64,000 bases of DNA from Alphaproteobacteria bacterium. GTDB lineage: Bacteria; Pseudomonadota; Alphaproteobacteria; UBA828. Where the stretch lies: NCBI GenBank assembly GCA_965220745.1, contig CBDCQT010000005.1, positions 384,001-448,000 of the forward strand, read 5' to 3'. The translations under genes were made by a program, and so were the position numbers. The notes beneath the pieces were generated by a model, which searched no databases, was not told the origin of the DNA, and saw only the letters and a list, made by a program, of their open reading frames with translations. Positions 54,773 through 64,000 of this stretch are shown in pieces (positions within the stretch are counted from its first letter, which is position 1; each line of letters begins with the position of its first letter).

Positions 54773-54824
54773 CATCCCACGTTTCCCACTTATCCAACTT
54801 AATCCCGGTGAATCCCGGAAAAAA
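54773..54824. repeat. Five phased TCCMR units at 9-10 bp spacing in a convergent intergenic region
   Basis: TCCCA 54775, TCCCA 54784, TCCAA 54793, TCCCG 54803, TCCCG 54813, then an A6 tract. Confidence 0.6.
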
Positions 54825-54866
54825 TTGTTGCTTCGCGCGTCTCGCGGGCCATTGGCGGGTGCCGCC

Positions 54867-56210
54867 TCAGCGGCCGCGCCGTTCCGGAATGATGCCGCGC
54901 GGGCTGAAGCGCATGACGACGAGCAGGATCAGCCCCATCACGATCAGGCGCATGTAGGCCGCGCTGTCGAGCAGGTGGGCGCGGAGCGGGTTGTCTTCGG
55001 GAAGGCCAGCGGTGATTGCATCCATCAGCCAGAAGCCGGCGGGCTCGGCCTCGACCCACACGAACCAGACCAGGAAGCCGCCGAACACGGCGCCCCAGTT
55101 GTTGCCCGAGCCGCCGACGATCACCATCACCCAGACCAGGAAGGTGAAGCGGAGCGGCTGATAGCTGCCCGGCGTGAACTGCCCGTCAAGCGTGGTCAGC
55201 ATAGCACCCGCGATCCCCATCACCGCCGCGCCCAGCACGAAGATCTGCATGTGGCGCCTGGTCACGTCCTTGCCCATCGCCGCCGCCGCGTCCTCGTTGT
55301 CGCGGATGGCGCGCATCATCCGGCCCCAGGGCGAGTTCAGCGCGCGCTCGGCGAGCCAGACGACCGCGATCAGGACCAGCGCGAACAGCACCGCGTAGCA
55401 GAGCTTCACGAAGATGCTGGAGCCCGTGATCGGGTCCGCGCCGAGCCAGCGAACCAGGTCGAGGAACCAGACGCTCTGCTGCAGGTCGATCTCGTAGGGC
55501 ACCGGCCGGTCGAGGCCCGTGACGTTCTTCACGCCCCGGCTGAGCCAGTCCTCGTTCTTGATGACGGTGATGACGATCTCGGCGATCCCGAGGGTTGCGA
55601 TGGCGAAGTAGTCCGAGCGCAACCCGAGTGCGACCTTGCCGATGAGCCACGCCGCGCCGGCGGCGAGCAGACCGCCGACAATCCAGGAGAGGATGATCGG
55701 CAGGCCGGCGCCGCCCAGATATCCGGTGGTGGAACTGTCGATGCGTTCGATCTCGTCCACCGCCGGATCGAAGAAGATGCGGGCGATGAAGAAGCCGGCG
55801 ACGAGGACGATCGCCGTTCCCGCCGTGCGCAGCGGTTTTCTCCGCACGAAGCGGCGCAGCAGTACGATCAGCAGTGCGGCAACCACCACCACCGCAAGCG
55901 CGATGCCGAGACCTGCGCCACCCGCCGACCATGCCTCCGTCACCGGCGACTGCGAGATGATCACGCCGGCCAGGCCACCGAGCGCAGCGAAGCCCATCAC
56001 GCCGACGTTGAGCAGGCCGGCGTAGCCCCACTGCATGTTGAGGCCGAGCGCCATGATCGCGGAGATCAGGCAGAGGTTGAGGATCGAGAGGCTGACCACC
56101 CAGGATTGGCCGACCCCGACCGCGATCAACAGCGCCGCCATGCCGGCGAAGAGCAGCGGCGTGCGCAGCCTGGGCGTCCGGAGGACGGGCCTAGAGAGCT
56201 TCGTCCTCAT
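54867..56210 (-). CDS. LIV-type ABC permease (LivM-like)
   Basis: GLNMQWGYAGLLN.G, LRSDYFAIATLG, SPWGRMMRAIRDNE, VGGSGNN.G. Confidence 0.92.
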   Translation of the reverse strand: MRTKLSRPVLRTPRLRTPLLFAGMAALLIAVGVGQSWVVSLSILNLCLISAIMALGLNMQWGYAGLLNVGVMGFAALGGLAGVIISQSPVTEAWSAGGAGLGIALAVVVVAALLIVLLRRFVRRKPLRTAGTAIVLVAGFFIARIFFDPAVDEIERIDSSTTGYLGGAGLPIILSWIVGGLLAAGAAWLIGKVALGLRSDYFAIATLGIAEIVITVIKNEDWLSRGVKNVTGLDRPVPYEIDLQQSVWFLDLVRWLGADPITGSSIFVKLCYAVLFALVLIAVVWLAERALNSPWGRMMRAIRDNEDAAAAMGKDVTRRHMQIFVLGAAVMGIAGAMLTTLDGQFTPGSYQPLRFTFLVWVMVIVGGSGNNWGAVFGGFLVWFVWVEAEPAGFWLMDAITAGLPEDNPLRAHLLDSAAYMRLIVMGLILLVVMRFSPRGIIPERRGR

Positions 56211-57223
56211 GACAGCACCCGCCCGCGGAAGATCCCGGTCGGGCGCACCAGCAGCACGACCACCAGGATGACGAAGGAGATTGCGAGCTTGTAGTCGGTC
56301 GATAGCAGCTGCATGAGCCCGCTCGGCTCCCAGCTCTCGGGCACCAGGTAGCGCAGGAACTTCTTGTAGGCGTAAGTCACCGAGGTCTCGGAGAGCGCCA
56401 CGATGAAGCCGCCGGCGACCGCGCCGATGGGGTGGCCGACGCCGCCCAGGATCGCCGAAGCGAAGATGGGCAGGAGCAGCTGGAAATAGGTGAAGGGTTT
56501 GTAGCTCTTGTCGATGCCGTACATGGTGCCGGCCACCGCAGCCAGGGTGGCGGCGATCAGCCAGGCGTAGAACACTACGCGGTCCGGGCTGACGCCCGAG
56601 AGCAGCGCCAGGTCCTCGTTATCCGAATAGGCGCGCATCGCCTTGCCGGCCCGCGTCCGGTGCAGGAACCAGAAGAGCGCGGCCACCGCGACCGCGGTGA
56701 CGGCGACGGTCAGCCCCTGCGAGAGCTTGATCGCGAGGCCCTCCTTCAGCCCTGTCGCGGCCTTGAATTCGGAGGCCTTGATGATGAAGCGCGCACCATC
56801 GGCGAGGCGCCGGTCGTCGGGGCCGATGATGAAGCGGACGATGCCCTGCAGCGCGAACATCACGCCGACCGAGGCGATCAGCAGGATCACCGGCGGGCTC
56901 TTGCGCCGCCGGTAGAAGCGGAAGACGACGCGGTCCGCAGCCAGGTTGAAGGCAGCCGCGCCCACAATCCCGAAAGGCAAGGCGATGAGCGCCGTCGGCA
57001 GCGGCGCGATGCCGACGTCCATTCCCTGGAACCACCACGTGGTCAGCAGCACGACCATGGTGCCGAATGCCATCACGTCGCCGTGGGCGAAGTTGGCGAA
57101 GCGCAGGATGCCGAAGATGAGCGTGACCCCGAGGGCGCCGAGGGCGAGCTGGGAGCCGTAGGCAACGCCCGGCACGATGACGAAATTCAGCAGCAGGACG
57201 ATCGCGTTCGCGACGTCGGTCAT
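56207..57223 (-). CDS. LIV-type ABC permease (LivH-like)
   Basis: LGVTLIFGILRFANFAHGD, GKAMRAYSDN, RPTGIF. Confidence 0.92.
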   Translation of the reverse strand: MTDVANAIVLLLNFVIVPGVAYGSQLALGALGVTLIFGILRFANFAHGDVMAFGTMVVLLTTWWFQGMDVGIAPLPTALIALPFGIVGAAAFNLAADRVVFRFYRRRKSPPVILLIASVGVMFALQGIVRFIIGPDDRRLADGARFIIKASEFKAATGLKEGLAIKLSQGLTVAVTAVAVAALFWFLHRTRAGKAMRAYSDNEDLALLSGVSPDRVVFYAWLIAATLAAVAGTMYGIDKSYKPFTYFQLLLPIFASAILGGVGHPIGAVAGGFIVALSETSVTYAYKKFLRYLVPESWEPSGLMQLLSTDYKLAISFVILVVVLLVRPTGIFRGRVLS

Positions 57224-57226
57224 GGG

Positions 57227-57931
57227 CTACCCGCCGAGGAACGAGCGCCGGACTTCGGGGTCGGCGAGGAGTGCTTCGCCGGTGTCCGTGTGGCGGTTCT
57301 GGCCGGTGACGAGCACGTAGCCCCGATCGGCGATGGTGAGCGCCTGAGCGGCGTTCTGCTCGACCATCAGGATGGCGATGCCGGTCGCGCGGATCTCCAG
57401 GATGCGGTCGAAGAGATCGTCCATCACCACGGGCGAAACGCCGGCGGTGGGCTCGTCCAGCATGAGCAGCCGGGGCTCGGTCATCAGCGCCCGGCCGATT
57501 GCCACCTGCTGGCGCTGGCCGCCCGAGAGCTCGCCGGCGGGCTGGCGCCGCCTCTCCTTCAAGATCGGGAAGAGATCGAAGACCCGCGCCATGGTGTCGG
57601 CGACGCCCTCGGCGCGGATGTAGGCGCCCATCTCCAGGTTTTCCTGAACGGTCATGGTGGTGAAGACGTTGCGCTCCTGCGGCACAAAGCCCATGCCCTT
57701 GCGTACGCGCTCCTGCGGGCTGAGCCGGGTGATGTCCTCGCCGTCGAGCCGGACCGTTCCCTCCCGCAGCACGATCATGCCAAAGACTGCCTTCATCGCG
57801 GTCGACTTGCCCGCGCCGTTGGGCCCCACGATGACGGCGACCTCACCCTGCTCGGCCTCGATGGTGCAATCGCGGATGATGTCCGCGCCGCCGTAGCCGC
57901 CGGTCATGCCTTCGCCGGCGAGAAAGCTCAT
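57227..57931 (-). CDS. LIV-type ABC ATP-binding protein (LivF-like)
   Basis: GPNGAGKST, LSGGQRQQ, DEPTAG, VEQN; ATG 57931. Confidence 0.92.
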   Translation of the reverse strand: MSFLAGEGMTGGYGGADIIRDCTIEAEQGEVAVIVGPNGAGKSTAMKAVFGMIVLREGTVRLDGEDITRLSPQERVRKGMGFVPQERNVFTTMTVQENLEMGAYIRAEGVADTMARVFDLFPILKERRRQPAGELSGGQRQQVAIGRALMTEPRLLMLDEPTAGVSPVVMDDLFDRILEIRATGIAILMVEQNAAQALTIADRGYVLVTGQNRHTDTGEALLADPEVRRSFLGG

Positions 57932-58767
57932 GATGCGCCCGCGCCGCGCCGCCGGCCGCGCCCAAGATAGGAATCGATCACCCGCTGGTCCGACTTGACC
58001 TCGGTCGGCGAGCCCTGGGTCAGCACCTTGCCTTCCGCCATGACGATCACCGGCTGGCACAGGCGCGAGATGAAGTCGATGTCGTGCTCGATCATGCAGA
58101 AGGTGTAGCCGCGCTCCCGATTGAGACGGAGGATGGCGTCACCGATGGAGCGCAGCAGCGTGCGGTTGACGCCGGCGCCGACCTCGTCGAGGAACACGAT
58201 CCGGGGCTCGGCCATCATCGTCCGGCCGAGCTCCAGGAGCTTCTTCTGGCCGCCGGAAAGCGCGCCAGCGCGCTCGGTGGCCACCCGTTCCAGGCCGAGG
58301 AACGTAACCACGTCCCAGGCCCGGTCGCGTATCTCCGCTTCCTGGACACGCACCTTGCTGCGGCGGAACCAGGCGTTGACCAGGGTTTCGCCGGCCTGGC
58401 CACCCGGTACCGTCGTCAGGTTCTCCAGGACCGTGAGACTTGAGAACTCGTGCGCAATCTGAAAGGTGCGCAGAACACCCCTGTGAAAGAGCTGGTGCGG
58501 CTTAAGGCCGGTGATCTCCTGCTCTTGCAGGAACACCCGGCCTTCGGAGGGCGGATACACGCCGGCGATGACGTTGAAGAGGGTTGTCTTGCCCGCGCCG
58601 TTAGGGCCGATCAGCCCGGTGATCGACCCCTCTTCAATCTCCACGGTGACGCCGTCGACGGCCCGGATGCCGCCGAAATGCAGGTGCAGGTTCTCGACCC
58701 GGATCATGGCAGGCACGCCGTTCGCGCTGCCCTCCGGGGCAGGGGATGCGGCCGGCGGCCCGGTCAT
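57928..58767 (-). CDS. LIV-type ABC ATP-binding protein (LivG-like)
   Basis: FGGIRAV, GPNGAGKTT, RTFQ, LSGGQKKLLEL, IEHD. Confidence 0.92.
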   Translation of the reverse strand: MTGPPAASPAPEGSANGVPAMIRVENLHLHFGGIRAVDGVTVEIEEGSITGLIGPNGAGKTTLFNVIAGVYPPSEGRVFLQEQEITGLKPHQLFHRGVLRTFQIAHEFSSLTVLENLTTVPGGQAGETLVNAWFRRSKVRVQEAEIRDRAWDVVTFLGLERVATERAGALSGGQKKLLELGRTMMAEPRIVFLDEVGAGVNRTLLRSIGDAILRLNRERGYTFCMIEHDIDFISRLCQPVIVMAEGKVLTQGSPTEVKSDQRVIDSYLGRGRRRGAGAS

Positions 58768-58800
58768 CGCTGCCCGAGCCGCCGTCCGTCATTGCGCGAT

Positions 58801-60009
58801 CTAGCGGATTTCCTTGGTCATGAAGGCGCCGCCCTCGACCTCCATCACCGCGTAGGAGCCGGCGGCCTCGCCCACATCGGTGAGCTCGACGTTGGTCGCA
58901 CCCTGATAGTCGATCTCGCCGCCGTCGGCGAGAATCTGCAGAGCCTTGCCGAGCTCACCCGGTCCGATCTGCTCGCCCGGCGCGTTGGCGACCTCCAGCA
59001 CCTTGGACGCGGACGCGCCGCGATCGGCCGTGCCTGCCGCCTGCATGGAGAGCGCGATCAGCGCTGCGGCGTCGTAGGACTCACCGCGGAAGGGGCCGTC
59101 GCCGTCCACGCCGTTGGCTGCCGCAAGCTCGACGAATGCGGCAGCGCCCTCGGAGGCCGAGCCCGGCGCGGTGCCGATCGTGCCGGTCAGCGCGTCGCCG
59201 ATCGCCTCGATCAACGAGTCCCCGATCATGCCGTCGCCAACGATGAAGTTCTCGAAGGCGCCGGTGTCGACGGCCCCCTGGATGATCCCCTTGCCGCCTT
59301 GGTCGATATAGCCGAAGACCACAAGGTGTTCCGCGCCCGAGGCGGCGAGCGCGCCCACCTCGGCCGAATAGTCGCCTTTGCCGTCCTCGTGCGCCGCCGA
59401 GATCTCGACTGTGCCGCCGAGGGCGGCGAACGCCGCGCCGAAGCTGCCGTCGAGCCCCTTGCCGTAGTCGTTGTTGGTGTAGGTGACCGCGACGCTCGTG
59501 ATGCCGCGCTCGATCAGAACCTCGGCGAGCACCTGCCCCTGCCGTGCATCCGACGGCGCGGTGCGGAAGAACAGGCCGTTGTCTTCGATCGTGGTCAGCG
59601 CCGGCGAGGTCGCCGACGGCGAGATGATGACCACGCCGTTCGGCACCGCGACGTTGTTGGTGATGGCGATGGTGACGCCCGAGCAGTCGGCACCGAAGAT
59701 CGCGGCAACGCCCTCGGCAGTGACCAGGCGCTCCGCCGCAGCAGTCGCGGCGGCGGCGTCGATGCAGGTCGAATCGCCTCTGACCGGGACCATGACCTTG
59801 CCACCGAGGAAGGCACCTGAATCCGATACCTCCTTCATGGCCAGCTCAGCCGAATCCCCCATGGGGGGCGTCAGCGACTCGATCGGCCCGGTGAAGCCTA
59901 GAATGACGCCGACCTTCACCTCGTGGCCGTCGGCCTTGGCGTCCGGCGCCAGCCCAAGACACAGCGCGGCGGCAGCCGCGGCGAATGCAACCCAACCTTT
60001 GCTTCTCAT
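58801..60009 (-). CDS. LIV-type ABC substrate-binding protein
   Basis: Signal peptide, GFTGPIESL, GADCSGVT, SPSATSPAL, FFRTAPSD, NNDYGKG, YDAA. Confidence 0.92.
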   Translation of the reverse strand: MRSKGWVAFAAAAAALCLGLAPDAKADGHEVKVGVILGFTGPIESLTPPMGDSAELAMKEVSDSGAFLGGKVMVPVRGDSTCIDAAAATAAAERLVTAEGVAAIFGADCSGVTIAITNNVAVPNGVVIISPSATSPALTTIEDNGLFFRTAPSDARQGQVLAEVLIERGITSVAVTYTNNDYGKGLDGSFGAAFAALGGTVEISAAHEDGKGDYSAEVGALAASGAEHLVVFGYIDQGGKGIIQGAVDTGAFENFIVGDGMIGDSLIEAIGDALTGTIGTAPGSASEGAAAFVELAAANGVDGDGPFRGESYDAAALIALSMQAAGTADRGASASKVLEVANAPGEQIGPGELGKALQILADGGEIDYQGATNVELTDVGEAAGSYAVMEVEGGAFMTKEIR

Positions 60010-60227
60010 GATTCGTGCTCCCTGTCCGAGGGTCGCGGCCGCACGCCCCAGCGATGGCGCGGTGCGCCGACCGGTTCGCAAATCATAGCGCGCTTTGACC
60101 GGTGTTTCGAACGGATTGGCTAATCGAGTCATGCCTCTTGATCTGCAGTTGCTCCGGTTCGCGCGTTGACGGGCCGTGGGGCAGGGACTATCTCTCAGCC
60201 CAAGCGGCGCATCAGGCGGATGACGCG

Positions 60228-62165
60228 ATGGTGGACGTGCAGATCGAGCGGCCGACCACGTCCGTCACGGACGATGCGGCGGCGCTCGCCGAGCCAGGCG
60301 TCTCGCTGGAGCGTGGCGTCGCGGCGTTGCGCGCGGCGCTGGGGACGATGCCGGCCGGCGCCGGCGTCTACTGCATGCGCGACCGGCACGAGAAGCCGCT
60401 CTACGTCGGCAAGGCCAAGAGCCTGCGCAAGCGCGTCCAGACCTACGTCAACGTCCGCACGCTGCCGGTCCGCCTGCAGCGCATGATCGCGGCCACGACC
60501 TCGGTCGAGGTGATCACCACCGAGGGCGAGGTCGAGGCGCTGCTGCTCGAGAGCAACCTGATCAAGCGGCTCAAGCCGCACTACAACATCCTGCTCCGGG
60601 ACGACAAGTCGTTCCCCTACATCCTGCTTCGCCGGGGCCACACCTGGCCGCAGATCACCAAGTACCGCGGGGCCAAGAGCGGGGAGGGGGACTACTTCGG
60701 CCCGTTCGCCTCGGCGGGCGCGGTCAACCTCACGATCAACGCGCTGCAGCGGGCGTTCCCGCTGCGCTCCTGCTCCGATTCGGTGCTGGAGAGCCGCACC
60801 CGGCCCTGCCTGCAGTACCAGATCAAGCGCTGCACCGCGCCCTGCGTCGGCCGCATCAGCAAGGCCGACTACGACGGTCTGGTGGAGGAGGCGCGGGCCT
60901 TCCTCGCCGGGCGCAGCAGGCAGGTTCAGAGCCGGCTGACCGAACGGATGACCGCCGCGAGCGATGCGCTGGAATTCGAGACCGCCGCCGCCTACCGCGA
61001 CCGCATTAAGGCGCTCGCCCATATCCAGATGCGCCAGGGCATCAACCTGCCCTCCATGGACGATGCCGATGTCGTTGCCATCCACGACGAGGCCGGCCAG
61101 GCCTGCGTGCAGGTCTTCTTCTTCCGCTCAGGCCAGAACTACGGCAACCGGGCGTTCTTCCCGCGCCACGGGGCGGACGAGACGGCCGAGGCGATCCTCC
61201 GCGCCTTCATCGGGCAGTTCTACAGCGCACGGGAGGCGCCGCCGCTGGTCCTGGTCAACCGGCCGCTGGCGGAGGCTCCGCTGCTCGCCGAGGCGCTGAC
61301 GGTCCGGGCCGGGCGGCGGGTCCGGCTGCATCGCCCGCAGCGCGGCGAGAAGCGCAAGCTGGTGGAGGACGCCGAGCGCAACGCGCGGGAGGCGCTCGCC
61401 CGCAGGCTCGGCGAGAGCACGGCCCAGCGGCGCCTGCTGGAGAGTCTGGCCCAGAAGTTCGGGCTGGAAAGCGCGCCAGAGCGGATCGAGGTCTACGACA
61501 ACAGCCACATCTCGGGCACCGATGCGGTCGGCAGCCTGATCGTCGCGGGGCCGGACGGCTTCATCAAGAACGCCTACCGCAAGTTCACGATCCGGTCTGT
61601 GGCGGCGGCGGAGGACCCGGCCGCGCCCGGCGACGACTACGCCATGATGCGCGAGGTGCTCACCCGTCGCTTCTCCCGCCTGATCAAGGAGGACCCCGGC
61701 CGCGCAGGCGAATCGTGGCCGGACCTGGTGCTGATCGACGGCGGCGCCGGCCAGCTTGGCGAGGCGCGCCGGGTGTTCGCCGATCTCGGCATCGCCGACC
61801 TCGCGGTCGCGGCGATCGCCAAGGGGCCGGAGCGCAACGCCGGCCGCGAGCGCATCTTCCTGCCCGACAGGCCGCCGGTCTCCCTCGGCGCGCGCGAGCC
61901 GCTGCTCTACTTCCTGCAGCGCCTGCGGGACGAGGCGCATCGCTTCGCCATCGGCACCCACCGGGCCAAGCGCGCCAAGGCCCGCGCCCGCTCGGCGCTG
62001 GACGAGATTCCGGGCGTCGGCCCCCGGCGCAAGAAGGCGCTGCTCCACCGGTTCGGCTCGGCACGGGGGGTGAGCCAGGCGGGCCTCGCCGATCTGGAGA
62101 CCGTGGACGGCATATCGAGCACCGTCGCGCGCGCGATCCATGACCACTTCCGCGCCGATCGCTGA
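60228..62165 (+). CDS. uvrC: Excinuclease ABC subunit C
   Basis: GVY.M..LYVGKAK GIY-YIG domain, YNILLRDDKS, CLQYQIKRC, YDNSH, LIDGG.GQ, RDEAHRFA, HhH tail. Confidence 0.97.
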   Translation: MVDVQIERPTTSVTDDAAALAEPGVSLERGVAALRAALGTMPAGAGVYCMRDRHEKPLYVGKAKSLRKRVQTYVNVRTLPVRLQRMIAATTSVEVITTEGEVEALLLESNLIKRLKPHYNILLRDDKSFPYILLRRGHTWPQITKYRGAKSGEGDYFGPFASAGAVNLTINALQRAFPLRSCSDSVLESRTRPCLQYQIKRCTAPCVGRISKADYDGLVEEARAFLAGRSRQVQSRLTERMTAASDALEFETAAAYRDRIKALAHIQMRQGINLPSMDDADVVAIHDEAGQACVQVFFFRSGQNYGNRAFFPRHGADETAEAILRAFIGQFYSAREAPPLVLVNRPLAEAPLLAEALTVRAGRRVRLHRPQRGEKRKLVEDAERNAREALARRLGESTAQRRLLESLAQKFGLESAPERIEVYDNSHISGTDAVGSLIVAGPDGFIKNAYRKFTIRSVAAAEDPAAPGDDYAMMREVLTRRFSRLIKEDPGRAGESWPDLVLIDGGAGQLGEARRVFADLGIADLAVAAIAKGPERNAGRERIFLPDRPPVSLGAREPLLYFLQRLRDEAHRFAIGTHRAKRAKARARSALDEIPGVGPRRKKALLHRFGSARGVSQAGLADLETVDGISSTVARAIHDHFRADR

Positions 62166-62790
62166 CAGCGCAGGGGCTTCGGAGCCTGTGACGGAGGCCG
62201 ATCCGCTGCGAGTCGCGAGCTGGCCCAACGCGGTCACCGGGCTCCGCATCGTCATGGTGCCCGTGCTCGTCGGCTCGTTCTTCATCGCCGGTGCGAGCGG
62301 GCTCTGGCTCGGCTTCGCGGTCTTCGCGGCGGCGGCGCTCAGCGACTTCTTCGACGGCTGGCTGGCGCGCAGGCTCGATCAGCATTCGCTGCTGGGGCGG
62401 ATTCTCGATCCCATCGCCGACAAGCTCCTGGTGGCGGCCGCGCTCGTCATGCTGGCGACCGACGAGCGCGCGCCGGTGATCGCCGTAGTGGCGATCCTCG
62501 CCCGCGAGCTTCTGATTTCCGGGCTCAGGGAGGCGCTCGCCGACAAGGTGGCGCTCCCGGTCCAGCCGCTCGCCAAGTGGAAGACCGCGGCGCAGATGGT
62601 CGCGATCGCGCTGCTGTTGCTGGCCTCGGCCATCGCGCCCTGGCTGACCGAAGCCACAGGCGCAGGGCTCGCCACCGCCGGCGAAGGCCTGCTCTGGCTC
62701 GCGGCGGTGCTGACCTGGGCCAGCGCGATCGGCTATGTTCGGGGCGCCGTGCGCGGCCTGCGGGCGGCACGGCCGGAGCAGGAGGAGTAG
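62140..62790 (+). CDS. pgsA: CDP-diacylglycerol-glycerol-3-phosphate 3-phosphatidyltransferase
   Basis: PNAVT.LR, SDFFDGWLAR, G.ILDPIADK, RELLISGLRE, AKWKT; follows uvrC. Confidence 0.93.
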   Translation: MTTSAPIADSAGASEPVTEADPLRVASWPNAVTGLRIVMVPVLVGSFFIAGASGLWLGFAVFAAAALSDFFDGWLARRLDQHSLLGRILDPIADKLLVAAALVMLATDERAPVIAVVAILARELLISGLREALADKVALPVQPLAKWKTAAQMVAIALLLLASAIAPWLTEATGAGLATAGEGLLWLAAVLTWASAIGYVRGAVRGLRAARPEQEE

Positions 62791-63339
62791 GTGCGGCGGT
62801 TCGGGGTCACGGGGCTGAGCGACAGCGGCAAGACCACGCTGGTCTGCCGGCTGCTGCCGCGGCTGCGCGCGCGCGGCCTGCGCGTCGCCACGGTGAAGCA
62901 TGCCCACCACGGCTTCGACCTGCTGCCCGAGGGGCATCCCGCCCACGCGTGGCGGGCTGCCGGCGCCCGCGACATCGTGCTGGCAGGCTCGGATCGCCTC
63001 GCCCACCTGCGCGAGACCGGCGATGACGGCGAGCCGCCGCTTGACCGGCTGCTCGAGCGCCTGGAGCCGGCCGACCTCGTGCTGATCGAGGGTTACAAGC
63101 GGGGCGGCCACGACAAGATCGAGGTGCGGCGCGGCGCGAGCGAGGCGTCGCTTCTCGCCGCCGCGGACCCCACCGTCGTTGCCATCGCCAGCGACCGGCC
63201 GGTGCCGGGGGCGGCCTCTCTCGGGCGCGCGGTGCCGGTCTTCGATATCGACGACGTGGACGCCATCGCGTCGTTCGTGGTGGCGCACTGCGGCGTACCG
63301 CAGAGCGAAGAGCCGATGTTGGCCCATGGCACAGCTTAG
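62791..63339 (+). CDS. mobB: Molybdopterin-guanine dinucleotide biosynthesis protein B
   Basis: G.SDSGKTTL, VKHAHH.FD, DLVLIEGYK, KIEV.R. Confidence 0.9.
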   Translation: MRRFGVTGLSDSGKTTLVCRLLPRLRARGLRVATVKHAHHGFDLLPEGHPAHAWRAAGARDIVLAGSDRLAHLRETGDDGEPPLDRLLERLEPADLVLIEGYKRGGHDKIEVRRGASEASLLAAADPTVVAIASDRPVPGAASLGRAVPVFDIDDVDAIASFVVAHCGVPQSEEPMLAHGTA

Positions 63340-64000
63340 CGACGACTGCTTCGCCTTCGGCGGCGCGCTCACTCCCGCGGCGGAGGCACTGGCGCAGCTG
63401 GAGAGCGTCGTCCATCCCATTGCCGAGACCGAGACCGTGGGCTTGAAGGCGGCCAACGGGCGCATCCTGGCGGAGACCGTGGTTTCGGAGCGCGCGGTGC
63501 CGCCGCACGACAACGCCGCCGTCGACGGCTACGCGGTCTTCTTCGACGACCTCAACGCGGCGGAGGACACGCGCCTGCCCTGCACCGGGCGGGCGGCGGC
63601 CGGGCACCCTCTCGGGCGGCCTGCCGGGCGGGGCGAGGCGATCCGCGTCTTCACCGGCGCGCCGATGCCGGCGGGGCCCGATACCGTGCTGATGCAGGAG
63701 GACTGCCGCGTCGACGGCGATGCCGTCGTCGTGCCGCCTGGAATCAAGCGCGGCGCCAACCGCCGGCACGCAGGCGAGGACATCGCGCCCGGCACCACCA
63801 TCCTCACCGCCGGCCGGGCCTTGCGCCCGCAGGATGTCGGCCTCGCCGCCTCCATCGGGCGCACCGAGCTGCTGGTCTTCCGGCGGCTACGGGTGGCGAT
63901 CTTCTCCACCGGCGACGAGGTCTACGAGCCGGGCGTGGCGCTCGGCGAAGGCGGCATCTACGACTCCAACCGCTATGTCATCGCCGGCCTCGCGGAGCGG
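63326..64000 (+). CDS. moeA: Molybdopterin molybdotransferase MoeA, 3'-truncated by window edge
   Basis: MAQLSDDCFAFG, VPPHDNAAVDGYA, RVFTGAPMP.GPDTVLMQE, STGDE, YDSNR; absent from the ORF track because it has no stop in the window. Confidence 0.93.
   Translation, partial: MAQLSDDCFAFGGALTPAAEALAQLESVVHPIAETETVGLKAANGRILAETVVSERAVPPHDNAAVDGYAVFFDDLNAAEDTRLPCTGRAAAGHPLGRPAGRGEAIRVFTGAPMPAGPDTVLMQEDCRVDGDAVVVPPGIKRGANRRHAGEDIAPGTTILTAGRALRPQDVGLAASIGRTELLVFRRLRVAIFSTGDEVYEPGVALGEGGIYDSNRYVIAGLAER

Overview
High-GC chromosomal window from an alphaproteobacterium (inferred from gene content, the MAQLSDDCFA-type MoeA, the Bpt/Ate transferase and the TRAP/ABC repertoire). It holds about 70 intact CDS. 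I saw no rRNA, tRNA, CRISPR array, integrase or transposase. Left arm: 3' end of class II ribonucleotide reductase, a DUF2125-like protein, an SDR, dusA, a hydantoinase/oxoprolinase A+B pair, kdsD-lptCAB, bioB-bioA, a TRAP transporter, bpt/ate and purD. Centre: the complete str-S10-spc ribosomal cluster (rpsL to secY-adk), cut off from rpoBC upstream and from rpsM-rpsK-rpoA-rplQ downstream. Where rpsM would normally sit there is a same-strand C-N catabolic block: class II aldolase, N,N-dimethylformamidase-family small and large subunits, a cobalt-type nitrile hydratase whose beta subunit appears naturally split into two translationally coupled genes, its accessory protein, a CaiB-type CoA-transferase and a lone acyl-CoA carboxyltransferase. 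This block is the best candidate for an undescribed system. Right arm: TTC38-like TPR protein, two MFS, SnoaL, DMT, ibpA with a ROSE-like thermometer, two convergent LIV-type ABC systems and uvrC-pgsA-mobB-moeA. Smaller anomalies include a codon-usage switch inside tuf, a 57-aa acidic tail on L3, an AT-rich spacer bounded by a bipartite direct repeat, NrdR-box-like palindromes at kdsD/bioB and a helically phased repeat between the convergent ABC operons. All family calls come from recognising motifs by eye; no searches were run.
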